From positions 630,001 to 662,000 of the forward strand of contig NC_016070.1 of NCBI RefSeq assembly GCF_000253055.1: 32,000 nucleotides of DNA, written 5' to 3'. Shown piece after piece: positions 17,625 to 27,685 of the stretch (the first letter of the stretch is position 1; each line of letters opens with the position of its first letter). A program made the position numbers and the translations under genes. The notes below the pieces were generated by a model that was given only the letters and a program-made list of their open reading frames with translations, made no database searches and had not been told where the DNA came from. Source of the DNA: Thermoproteus tenax Kra 1 (GTDB taxonomy: Archaea; Thermoproteota; Thermoprotei; Thermoproteales; Thermoproteaceae).

Positions 17625-18105
17625 AAATAATGTCTTCGAAAAAGTAGTGCTCGACCTCCTTGATAATTATAGTGCCCAGGGTTTTCGCAGCTTCTTCAAT
17701 TAGATCCGCCCTGCCCAGGCTACTGTATGTGAGCACCAGGAGCTCCGGCCGGTGTGCGAAGCTCCATCTCAATATCTTATTGATCAATCCATAGTCGTAT
17801 ATAGCGAGGGCCTCCCAGTCTGAGGGGGGCTCCTCCGGGGGGAGATATGGGGGATTGCTCACCACTAGATCCGCTCTATCTATAGACGATAGCCCGTCGG
17901 CGCACAGCGCGTCGTAGTTCTTACACAGTAGACAAGATCTGGGGTTCAGATCTATTGATACAATTCTCTTGCACAGCCTCTCCATATATTGCGAAAGAAT
18001 GCAAGAACCAGCGCCTACGTCGACACAGATGTTGAAAGACCTATTTATCTTAGATAATACTTTTAATGTTAAAAAACTATCTTCTCTCGGACTATATATA
18101 AACAT
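17578..18105 (-). CDS. SAM-dependent methyltransferase with NPPY motif (HemK/Mtq2-like N5-glutamine or N6-adenine MTase)
   Basis: 'VDVGAGSC' (motif I) and 'VVSNPPYLP' (motif IV). ATG 18105 gives 'MFIYSPREDSFL', a family-like N-terminus. The track start 18174 lies inside the upstream gene. Confidence 0.7.
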   Translation of the reverse strand: MFIYSPREDSFLTLKVLSKINRSFNICVDVGAGSCILSQYMERLCKRIVSIDLNPRSCLLCKNYDALCADGLSSIDRADLVVSNPPYLPPEEPPSDWEALAIYDYGLINKILRWSFAHRPELLVLTYSSLGRADLIEEAAKTLGTIIIKEVEHYFFEDIISIAVEAHRLRTFGSS

Positions 18106-18832
18106 GAAAGAATAAATAAGCGAGAATTGGCAAAACAAACATAAACGAGAGATAGAACAAGAGAGATGTCTCATATCTCGATCCTAGATCGTACGAGGTA
18201 ATAACCGATAGAGTTCCGCAGGATAATACTAACAAAATAAATTTTAATGCATAGTTAATATTATAATTTCCAATAATTTGATAAAAGCTGGGATATATTA
18301 AAATAGGAAATAATCCAATTATTATATGAGTTATTTTTATCCTCCTCCTCGATATTAAGTATATTGAAATCAATATTCCAATAAATGATATCATTGAAAC
18401 CAATACAATTTCAATAATATTTTCAAAGATATTTGTATATATTACTCCTAATAAAGTTAACTTTGAATTGAGTATAGACGCGGCCCACAGCAGCGGCAGA
18501 AGCGCTGATAATAGGTCGGCATAAGGCGAAAAAAGCATGGGAACCACTATCGGCCTTAGACCTAGGACCTCCAAGATTGAGAGGCTCCTCAGAGGCCCTA
18601 TTGATGACAATAGAGAGGCCACCTTGGCGCCTTGATCCGTCAGCTCTACCAGATTGCCGTCTCTCCTAATGAGCCCCAAGGTCTCCAGCGCCGATATGTC
18701 CATGAGCAACGCCGAGGGTGAGACGCCGAGGATGTCTCTTAACTTGTTTAAACTAGTCACGCCTTTTTTATATAAAGTTAGCAAGATCCTCCGCCGCTCG
18801 CCATAGGCTACCTTGTATATTATATCTTCCAC
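18092..18832 (-). CDS. Membrane-anchored winged-helix (ArsR-like) protein
   Basis: The N-terminal 75 aa 'RRRILLTLYKKGVTSLNKLRDILGVSPSALLMDISALETLGLIRR' form a wHTH. About five hydrophobic helices follow. It overlaps the downstream MTase start by 14 nt. Confidence 0.6.
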   Translation of the reverse strand: MEDIIYKVAYGERRRILLTLYKKGVTSLNKLRDILGVSPSALLMDISALETLGLIRRDGNLVELTDQGAKVASLLSSIGPLRSLSILEVLGLRPIVVPMLFSPYADLLSALLPLLWAASILNSKLTLLGVIYTNIFENIIEIVLVSMISFIGILISIYLISRRRIKITHIIIGLFPILIYPSFYQIIGNYNINYALKFILLVLSCGTLSVITSYDLGSRYETSLLFYLSFMFVLPILAYLFFHVYI

Positions 18833-18929
18833 ACTGGCCTAAAAGCACATAGATTTTAAGGGCTCACGGCGAGGAAAGGAACTGGAGGGCTGGAGTAATA
18901 TTTAAAAAGCGTTAGAAGCATGGCGGTTT

Positions 18930-19211
18930 ATGGCGACAACAGAACAGACAATACTGGTGGGCAAAAAACCCACAACGAACTACATAATCGCAACAGTGAT
19001 GGCGTTCAACGCAGGTACCAAGAGGGTGATACTGAAGGCCAGAGGCGCCGCAATCTCGAAGGCGGTTGCTGCCGCAGTGATGGTGCGCGACAGATTCCTC
19101 CCGGGCAAGGTCAACATTAAAGAGATAAAGGCGCTAAGCGACAAAGTCCAAGGCCAAGGCGGAAGGGAGCGCACGGTCGCCGCCGTTGAGGTAGTTCTCG
19201 AAATGGCGTAA
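18930..19211 (+). CDS. albA: Chromatin protein Alba (Sso10b family)
   Basis: 93 aa. 'ILVGKKPTTNYI...VILKARGAAISKAV..AV.VRDRF' is the Alba signature region. Confidence 0.9.
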   Translation: MATTEQTILVGKKPTTNYIIATVMAFNAGTKRVILKARGAAISKAVAAAVMVRDRFLPGKVNIKEIKALSDKVQGQGGRERTVAAVEVVLEMA

Positions 19212-19258
19212 TTTTTTGCCTAGGAGTTCTGGCGGGCCGTTGCATCTCGGCGCCCGCC
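19212..19258 (+). terminator. T6 tract directly after the alba stop, followed by a 7-bp GC hairpin
   Basis: TTTTTT lies at 19212-19217. GGCGGGC (19231-19237) pairs with GCCCGCC (19252-19258). Oligo-T is the usual archaeal terminator signal. Confidence 0.4.
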
Positions 19259-19301
19259 GCTTGCTCTTGTGTTTTAGAAAAGTTTATTATGTCGGTCTCT
19301 C

Positions 19302-21548
<2,247 letters not shown>

Positions 21549-21585
21549 CGGCATCAGGAGCGGAGTCTCCGCTACTGAGGGAGCT

Positions 21586-21819
21586 TTGAGGGCTGGGCAT
21601 TTCGTTGTAAGGCTATTTTTAAACCCAAACGCGCATATTACTGTGGACGTGTTCTCAATGATAGAGGAGGAGGTCCGGAGACTGTTCGAGGGATCCGACG
21701 CAGACATACTCTTGTCCCTGATAGCGACCTACAGATCTAAAGGCGCGAGGGGGGTCCATGAGAGACTGAAAGAGATATTATCACAGTGGGGGATCGATGT
21801 GGAGGATCTTAAGGATTAA
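21586..21819 (+). CDS. rkd-3: Arcadin-3 candidate (small protein; start uncertain)
   Basis: 77 aa from TTG 21586. The frame is open from 21550, and an internal ATG gives 'MIEEEV..'. Its 3' end overlaps the arcadin-4 ATG by 23 nt. Confidence 0.45.
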   Translation: MRAGHFVVRLFLNPNAHITVDVFSMIEEEVRRLFEGSDADILLSLIATYRSKGARGVHERLKEILSQWGIDVEDLKD

Positions 21820-24181
21820 ACTGAAGAATTTCAAAGTATATGAAGGAGAGTACGACATACCACTGTCTCAGACCACAGTGGTCGTAGGCAGAGTGGGCGC
21901 CGGCAAGTCGTCTCTGTTGCAAGCGATCGAGTTCGCTCTATTCGGCAGAGAGCTTGAGGTGAGGCAGAGAATAGCAAAGTTGGCCGATCTAGTCAACTTG
22001 AGCTCCGACGAGTCGGTGGTTGAGCTGTCGCTTTCAGATCAACACGAGGCATCTATAAGACGCGTTTTAAACAAGAGAGGGCGGACTAGGCTGGAGGTAG
22101 TGATAGGCGGTCGTAAATATTATGACAATAGCGCCGAAGTTAAACTAAGAGAGATAACCGGTATCTCGGACGAGGACTACGACAGAGTAGTATACATATC
22201 CCACTATGCTCTGGAGGACTTCATACACGGCGATAGGCCGAGGAGAAACCTCCTCATCGACAGAATACTCCAGGTCGATGTGCTCGATAACGTCCAAAGG
22301 GCCTTGGGCAACCAAATGAAAAATATCTTAGAAAAAATGGAACAAATAAGATTAAAATTATCATTATATGAAAAATATAGAGATATTATTGAAAAATATG
22401 GAAGTATCAGTAAAATGAAAGAAATTAGAATGCGTCTCGAGAAAGAGCTAGACGGCCTAAGTGAGCAAGAAAACGAGCTTTCTAAAAAGTATAGAAATCT
22501 AATTGAAGAAAGAGAAAAATATCTAAATAAAATAATTAATATACAAGATAAATTAAATCAATATTATATGGCTAAGTCTGAGCTAGAGATCTTGGAGGGG
22601 GCGGGCCAAGCGGATCTAATAGGCGAGTACTCGCTATTGGAGGACTTGAAGGACAAGTTTCTAGGAGTTCTCTCGGAGTTCGAGCACGTTATAGGCGCCG
22701 ATATGATAGAGCAGATCCATAGAGAGAGCGAGCCGGCGAGGCTCGTAGATCTGTTGTCAAAGGCCTATGATGCCCTTGAGGAGGCTCTGAAAAAAATAGA
22801 GGAGGAGGTCGAGTCTCTGAAGAGGCAGAAAGACGGCGTGGAGGCCAGGCTGAGAGAGCTGGAGCGAGATATATCTAGAGTGCAGGGCGCGCTATCACAG
22901 CTGGAGGCTTCATACAAGCGCTTTAAAGAGTTGGAGGCGGCACATGGATCTATTTCTAATATAAAAAATATTTATAATGAAGTAAAGAGTAAATATACTA
23001 TATTAGAGAGAAATTTCCATTTTATTTCATCTATAAAATTTATACTTTCATATATAAATGAGACAGGCCTCGAGGAGTGCCCCATCTGCGGCTCCAAGCT
23101 GGATAGGAGGGCGGTGGTCGAGAGGCTCCGCCAGATAGAGCACAACTTCTCGGAACAGTTGAAGGAGCTAGATCTCCTAAGGTCTCGACTTGAGGAGCTC
23201 AAATCGGTCTACGAGGAGATGGAGGCGCTCTCTAGATCTGTTGCTGAGTACCTGAGGGCAAGCGAGGAGCTTAAGTCTCTGCTTTCTGAGAAGGAAAAAC
23301 TGGAGAATAGAAAGGCGCAGATAGATAGGGCCTTGGGGCAGATTATGCGAAGGCGCTCCCTCCTCGCCGGCTTTTTAAATGAGGTGAGGCGCGAGACTCT
23401 AGATGAGGCGATCAGGAGATATAACCGGGCGTTGAGAGTCAAACAGCTCAGAGAGAGAGTGGAGACCTTGGAGAGAGAATTGAAGAACTTAGGGGTGGGG
23501 CCAACGACTCTGGAAACCGAGGAGGAGTTCAGAAGGGTGGCTGAGGCGCTCTCCAGAATAAGAAGAAGGAGGAGCGACATCGTCGAAGAACTAAGAAAAG
23601 TGGACGAAGTATTGAACAGCGTGGGAGAGGACTACGATGGGCTTAGGGAGAGGCTCGAAAAGTATTCTTATGTCTACGATAGATTAAATAATATAATAAA
23701 TAAAATAGATATTTTAAAGTATAATATTAGATTAAAAATAATAAATTTATTACGAGATGAACTATTAAAAAGTTTTAAGGAGTTATATCCGTATGAGGAC
23801 ATTGTCTCCATAGAGCTGAGGTCTGAAGAAAGGGGATATGAGATATACTGCAAGTTGGCCGACGGCAACACCGTGGGTCTCGCTAGATTGAGCGACGGCC
23901 AGAGACTGGCCGTTGCGCTATCTCTGGTGATCTCGATGCGCAAGCTGTTGGGTTTGGGGCTCGGCTTCCTTTTGCTAGACGATCCGTTGCCCTACGTTGA
24001 TCCTAAGATAAGGTCGTCTCTGGCGAAGTTAATAGCTAAGCTCTCCAGGGAGTTCCAGGTCATTGTGACTACCCAGACTGAGGAGCTCGCAAACGAAATA
24101 TCGGCAAATGGAGTGGATGTCAGTCTGATTAAGCTCACCAGAGGTACGACGAAGCCTGAAGTTAAAATAGAAAAAATATAA
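21797..24181 (+). CDS. rkd-4: Arcadin-4: SMC/Rad50-like coiled-coil ATPase
   Basis: Walker A 'GRVGAGKSS', signature-like 'LSDGQRLAVALSL', Walker B 'FLLLDDP'. About 550 aa of heptad-rich coiled coil lie between the head halves, with a central 'CPICG'. Confidence 0.8.
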   Translation: MWRILRIKLKNFKVYEGEYDIPLSQTTVVVGRVGAGKSSLLQAIEFALFGRELEVRQRIAKLADLVNLSSDESVVELSLSDQHEASIRRVLNKRGRTRLEVVIGGRKYYDNSAEVKLREITGISDEDYDRVVYISHYALEDFIHGDRPRRNLLIDRILQVDVLDNVQRALGNQMKNILEKMEQIRLKLSLYEKYRDIIEKYGSISKMKEIRMRLEKELDGLSEQENELSKKYRNLIEEREKYLNKIINIQDKLNQYYMAKSELEILEGAGQADLIGEYSLLEDLKDKFLGVLSEFEHVIGADMIEQIHRESEPARLVDLLSKAYDALEEALKKIEEEVESLKRQKDGVEARLRELERDISRVQGALSQLEASYKRFKELEAAHGSISNIKNIYNEVKSKYTILERNFHFISSIKFILSYINETGLEECPICGSKLDRRAVVERLRQIEHNFSEQLKELDLLRSRLEELKSVYEEMEALSRSVAEYLRASEELKSLLSEKEKLENRKAQIDRALGQIMRRRSLLAGFLNEVRRETLDEAIRRYNRALRVKQLRERVETLERELKNLGVGPTTLETEEEFRRVAEALSRIRRRRSDIVEELRKVDEVLNSVGEDYDGLRERLEKYSYVYDRLNNIINKIDILKYNIRLKIINLLRDELLKSFKELYPYEDIVSIELRSEERGYEIYCKLADGNTVGLARLSDGQRLAVALSLVISMRKLLGLGLGFLLLDDPLPYVDPKIRSSLAKLIAKLSREFQVIVTTQTEELANEISANGVDVSLIKLTRGTTKPEVKIEKI

Positions 24182-24301
24182 TTTTTATAAAAGCGCATTT
24201 ATTATATTAATTAATTTTAGTGCTAACTATTTAAATTATATATAAAATATTTTTATATATGTCTATAATTCATCGCTTCAATAGATATATATTCGCATAC
24301 A

Positions 24302-24958
24302 ATGCTCCTACTGATGCAGGCCGAGTGTGGAGTTTTCGTGGTGCCGGATCTGGGCGAGATCGGCGTATTTAGAGGGGAGTACTACGCTGTAGCTAGAGTA
24401 GAGCCTTATGGCCTAACATTTAATGATCAAGGAAAAACAGTAATATTATATGATCTTGTTAATTTATATGAAAATTTAATAAATTTTATATCAAAAGAAC
24501 TAAATAACTGTAAAAATATTACTTTCGAAATAGACGCCAAAGAGGTCAAACTTGATTCTCCCTCCTCCCTCTTCATGCATTTCGACTACACTACCCTCCT
24601 CTATATACTAGCCCTGCGCTCGCGTCCATCCTTGATTCACGTGGTGGGAGGGAGAGGAGTACAACGGGGAGTTGTGCACGGCGAGGGCAAAATAATGGCG
24701 AGGGCCAGCATTATACCGCCTCGCTATGTGTCCAAAAGACCTCCGCCGTTCTTACTACCCCACTCTATAGAGAGGACGGACATAATAGCCCACAGAATAT
24801 CTGGCGAACGCTATAAGACGGAGATAAAGATACGCGCAAAGGGCGCCTCTATCGTCAAAATAAGAGTGTTGGAGACGGAGAGCTTGTATAAAAATATAGT
24901 GGGAGGCCTCGTGTCCTACGCCCAGAATCTGAACTGGGTAGAGTACGTCTATCTGTAG
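24302..24958 (+). CDS. Hypothetical protein (218 aa)
   Basis: The ORF has its own A/T-rich promoter region (24182-24301). No motif recognised. Confidence 0.5.
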   Translation: MLLLMQAECGVFVVPDLGEIGVFRGEYYAVARVEPYGLTFNDQGKTVILYDLVNLYENLINFISKELNNCKNITFEIDAKEVKLDSPSSLFMHFDYTTLLYILALRSRPSLIHVVGGRGVQRGVVHGEGKIMARASIIPPRYVSKRPPPFLLPHSIERTDIIAHRISGERYKTEIKIRAKGASIVKIRVLETESLYKNIVGGLVSYAQNLNWVEYVYL

Positions 24959-25015
24959 GCGGCCTACAATAGTCCCCCTTTGCGGTGCCCGGCCTCCCCG
25001 GGAGGGCTCAGGGCC

Positions 25016-25047
25016 CGCCCGAGACCGCCTTTCGGCAACCTCGGGCG
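25016..25047 (-). other. 14-bp hairpin capped by a GAAA tetraloop (as read on the minus strand) inside a GC-rich element
   Basis: On the minus strand, CGCCCGAGGUUGCC-GAAA-GGCGGUCUCGGGCG forms 11 Watson-Crick and 3 G-U pairs. On the plus strand the G-U pairs become A-C mismatches. Confidence 0.35.
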
Positions 25048-25057
25048 AGGGGCCTAG

Positions 25058-25062
25058 AAAAA
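25058..25062 (-). terminator. T5 tract on the minus strand downstream of the trmB-like gene and the sRNA candidate
   Basis: Minus-strand 'GCCTTTTTCTAGG'. Confidence 0.3.
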
Positions 25063-25091
25063 GGCACGAGGGCATACTTCAGAGGCCCTTG

Positions 25092-25151
25092 AGGTCAGAG
25101 CTCCAGACCGTCGTCATAATCTCGGAGGGCTCACCATATCGCTCATCACCT
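25092..25151 (-). ncRNA. C/D box sRNA candidate (2'-O-methylation guide)
   Basis: The minus strand reads AGG-TGATGA (C box GTGATGA, + 25143-25149), 17 nt, CCGA (degenerate D'), GATT, ATGACGA (C'), exactly 12 nt CGGTCTGGAGCT, CTGA (D box, + 25095-25098), CCT. A 3-bp terminal stem forms (AGG/CCT). A TATA-like TTTTTAA lies about 25 nt upstream. Confidence 0.5.
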
Positions 25152-25170
25152 GTTCTTGTTATGTAGGAGG

Positions 25171-25178
25171 TTAAAAAC
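25171..25178 (-). promoter_or_regulatory. TATA-like box for the C/D sRNA candidate
   Basis: Minus-strand 'CGTTTTTAACC' is centred about 24-26 nt upstream of the C box 5' flank. Confidence 0.3.
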
Positions 25179-25199
25179 GCGTCTAAGCACAGCGGTGAG

Positions 25200-25916
25200 C
25201 TACGCCTTAGCTCTCTCCCACAGATAGTTGAAATAAGTCTTGGCCACCTCCAGTAGATACTTCTCGTTGCTGTGGACTCCCAAAAGTCCATCCCTATGCT
25301 TGACTACGAGCAACGCGGAATTTCCCAACACGCCGCCTCCGAACATATCGTCCAGAGCTCTCACTTCGACTCTGGGGGGCAGATCCATGAACTGGGCGAT
25401 CCTCTTGGTTGCCAACACCTTTATCTCGATCCTTTTAGACTCCTCCACTATGGTCTCTACTATACCGGGGGATGCCAGCTCGGGGTACGGAACAGCTAAG
25501 TAGACGGCGACTTCACTGGACCTTATGATCTCTTGCACCAACTCGAATATCTTGTCCCCTCTTATCAATGCGATGAAGGTCGTAGAAGCTGCCCCATGCT
25601 TTGCCTCATAGAGCGTCTGAAGCACGTCCATGAATTCCTTCACGGACTTGAGCAACGCGGAGGTAAGAGATACCAAGCTCCGATACAGCTCGGCCGGCGG
25701 CCTCGCAGAAAACTTGGCCGGCCTTCCCTCCAGCTTCTCCACGAACCCGAGCTTAGATAGGGCTTGTAGCCTCTCATAGACCTTGGTGTAGGGGACTCCG
25801 GCCTTCTCCGCTATCTCTCTGGCCGTGAGGGGGCCTTGCTCGACCAACAGTGCGTATATGGACAAGTCCTTTTCATCGAGCCCCAAGGCCCGCAGGAGAT
25901 GTGCGATCTGATTCAC
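25200..25916 (-). CDS. TrmB-family transcriptional regulator
   Basis: N-terminal wHTH 'LGLDEKDLSIYALLVEQGPLTAREIAEKAGVPYTKVYERLQALSKLGFV' is typical of TrmB. 238 aa. GTG start. Confidence 0.8.
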   Translation of the reverse strand: MNQIAHLLRALGLDEKDLSIYALLVEQGPLTAREIAEKAGVPYTKVYERLQALSKLGFVEKLEGRPAKFSARPPAELYRSLVSLTSALLKSVKEFMDVLQTLYEAKHGAASTTFIALIRGDKIFELVQEIIRSSEVAVYLAVPYPELASPGIVETIVEESKRIEIKVLATKRIAQFMDLPPRVEVRALDDMFGGGVLGNSALLVVKHRDGLLGVHSNEKYLLEVAKTYFNYLWERAKA

Positions 25917-25935
25917 GATTTTAACGAACTTTGGT

Positions 25936-25950
25936 TAAAAAATTTTTAAG
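25936..25950. promoter_or_regulatory. Near-palindromic A/T box (TTAAAAAATTTTTAA) equidistant from two divergent starts
   Basis: Its centre (about 25943) is 27 nt from GTG 25916 (-) and 27 nt from ATG 25970 (+). The whole intergenic gap is 53 nt. Confidence 0.45.
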
Positions 25951-25969
25951 GTGATACCACCGACACGGC

Positions 25970-27685
25970 ATGAGCAAACAGGTGCTGGAGCTCGCTAAGC
26001 CGACGCGCCTAGTCGACCTAAGTAGGTTTAACCTACCCCAAAGGTATAAGTCCACTCTGTTAAACGAGTCTTGGCAAAACACCGTCAAGAGGCAGTTCGC
26101 ACTCCCTGAGCACGTGAGGGTCGTCAAGACCTCGCTGTCTGTGTGTCCAGTATGCAACAGGCGTATACCGATGGTCGTGTACGAGGAAAATGGAGCCATA
26201 TGGCTGAAGAAGGTCTGTCCTGAACATGGACCTTTCGAGGACTTGTACTGGGGCGATGCTGAGATGTACTACTACTTCCTACAGTGGGATACACCAGAGT
26301 ATATAGCCAAAGGTCTGGCCAATCCGTACACCGATCTTCAGTTCTATCAGGAGGCCGGCTCATGCCCCATGGGTTGCGGGCTGTGCCCCGTGCATAAGTC
26401 CGACACAGTCCTCGCGATAATCGATGTGACCAACAGGTGCAACATGGCTTGTCCCGTATGCTTCGCCAACGCTGGAGCCGCCGGATACGTCTACGAGCCG
26501 ACGCTGGAGCAGATCGAGTATATGTTAAGAACTCTAAGGGCCCAGAGGCCATGGCCGCCGAATGCGCTACAGCTCAGCGGAGGCGAGCCAACGCTTAGAG
26601 ACGATCTGCCTGAAATAGTCAGAATGGCCAAGAAGCTGGGCTTTACGCACATCGAGGTCAACACAAACGGCATAAGGCTCGCCAACGAGCCTGACTACTA
26701 CAGGGCGCTTCTCGACGCCGGTCTCTCCACGCTGTATCTGCAGTTTGATACAATAGATGAGAACAACGAAGGAGTCGTCAGACACAGACTCTATAACCCT
26801 AAGGCCTACGCTGCAGTCAAACGCAAAGTCATTGAGAACGCCAGGATGCTCGGCCATAGATCCATCGTGCCCGTCGTGACGTTGGCGAAGGGCTATAACG
26901 ATAGGGACCTCGGCAAGATCATAGACTTCGCGATACAGAATAGAGACGTCATACGGTGGGTCAATATACAGCCCGTGTCCTTCGCCGGTAGGGCCAGGTT
27001 GTACAGCAAAGAGGAGCTCAGGAAGCTAAGGATCACGATACCGGACACCTTGATCGAGATAGAGAGACAGACCAATGGGCTTATAAGCAGATGGGATTGG
27101 AGGCCCACGAACTGGCCCGTGGCCGTGGCCAAGATGGTGGAGGCCCTCACTGATGCACCGAAGCCTCTATTCTCTATGAATCCTGTCTGCGGCGCTGCGA
27201 CTTTCGTTTACTACGATGAAGATGAAAAGAGACTCTACCCTATAACTAAACTAGTCGATGTAGACTCGTTCGAGAGGATAGCTTGGGACGTCTACAGAAC
27301 CGCTAAACGCGGCAGAACTGTATGGAAGGCTATAGCGGCGACCAAGGCAATGAAGCTGCTACGCACTGTTAAACATAGGAAGATACGGGGGCTTATACAA
27401 GACTTTCTGGTGAAGAAGGACTACGAGAGCTTAGGTCAATTCTTCTTCAACATAGTCGGCCTCGGCATAATGCACTTTATGGACGTAATGAACTTCGACG
27501 TCGAGAGAATACAGAGGTGCGACATACACTACGCAACGCCTGACGGCCGCGTGATACCCTTCTGTACTTACAACAACTTCCACAGAGAGAGAGTAGAGCA
27601 GTCCTTCAGGATAGATCCGAAGATGTGGACTAAGATAACGGGGGTCTCGCTCACAGGCTGGAAGAGGGGGGCCCGCGTCCTTTAA
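25970..27685 (+). CDS. Radical SAM enzyme, probably tetraether lipid synthase family (Tes / GDGT-MAS-like)
   Basis: Radical SAM 'CNMACPVC' (CxxxCxxC, 26438-26461). N-terminal rubredoxin-like 'CPVCNRR...CPEHG'. The 571 aa length and this N-terminal architecture match my recollection of the MJ0619/Tes family. The specific function is inferred. Confidence 0.6.
   Translation: MSKQVLELAKPTRLVDLSRFNLPQRYKSTLLNESWQNTVKRQFALPEHVRVVKTSLSVCPVCNRRIPMVVYEENGAIWLKKVCPEHGPFEDLYWGDAEMYYYFLQWDTPEYIAKGLANPYTDLQFYQEAGSCPMGCGLCPVHKSDTVLAIIDVTNRCNMACPVCFANAGAAGYVYEPTLEQIEYMLRTLRAQRPWPPNALQLSGGEPTLRDDLPEIVRMAKKLGFTHIEVNTNGIRLANEPDYYRALLDAGLSTLYLQFDTIDENNEGVVRHRLYNPKAYAAVKRKVIENARMLGHRSIVPVVTLAKGYNDRDLGKIIDFAIQNRDVIRWVNIQPVSFAGRARLYSKEELRKLRITIPDTLIEIERQTNGLISRWDWRPTNWPVAVAKMVEALTDAPKPLFSMNPVCGAATFVYYDEDEKRLYPITKLVDVDSFERIAWDVYRTAKRGRTVWKAIAATKAMKLLRTVKHRKIRGLIQDFLVKKDYESLGQFFFNIVGLGIMHFMDVMNFDVERIQRCDIHYATPDGRVIPFCTYNNFHRERVEQSFRIDPKMWTKITGVSLTGWKRGARVL

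Noticed and set aside
18920-19120. 66-aa ORF overlapping alba in another frame, and 18980..19174 on the minus strand
   Set aside because: The Alba frame has an unmistakable family signature. The overlapping frames are Arg/Gly-rich with no motifs.
21797-24181. The SMC-like ATPase plus small neighbouring ORFs as an SMC-type anti-plasmid or defence system (Wadjet/Lamassu-like)
   Set aside because: The immediate context is crenactin and arcadin-sized ORFs in the published arcade order. No nuclease or Mre11/JetD-like partner is present.
24755-25075. 106-aa minus-strand ORF spanning the GC-rich intergenic element
   Set aside because: It is an Arg/Pro/Gly-rich product with no start context. It overlaps the 3' end of the better-supported plus-strand ORF and the structured element. 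It is most likely a by-product of high GC content.
24954-25090. GC-rich element as SRP RNA, RNase P RNA or a tRNA
   Set aside because: It is too short for SRP RNA. I found no helix-8 GGAA/AGCA-type motif, no RNase P CR-I/CR-V-like GGAAAGUCC/ACAGAA strings, and no tRNA T-arm (GGTTCRAATCC) on either strand.
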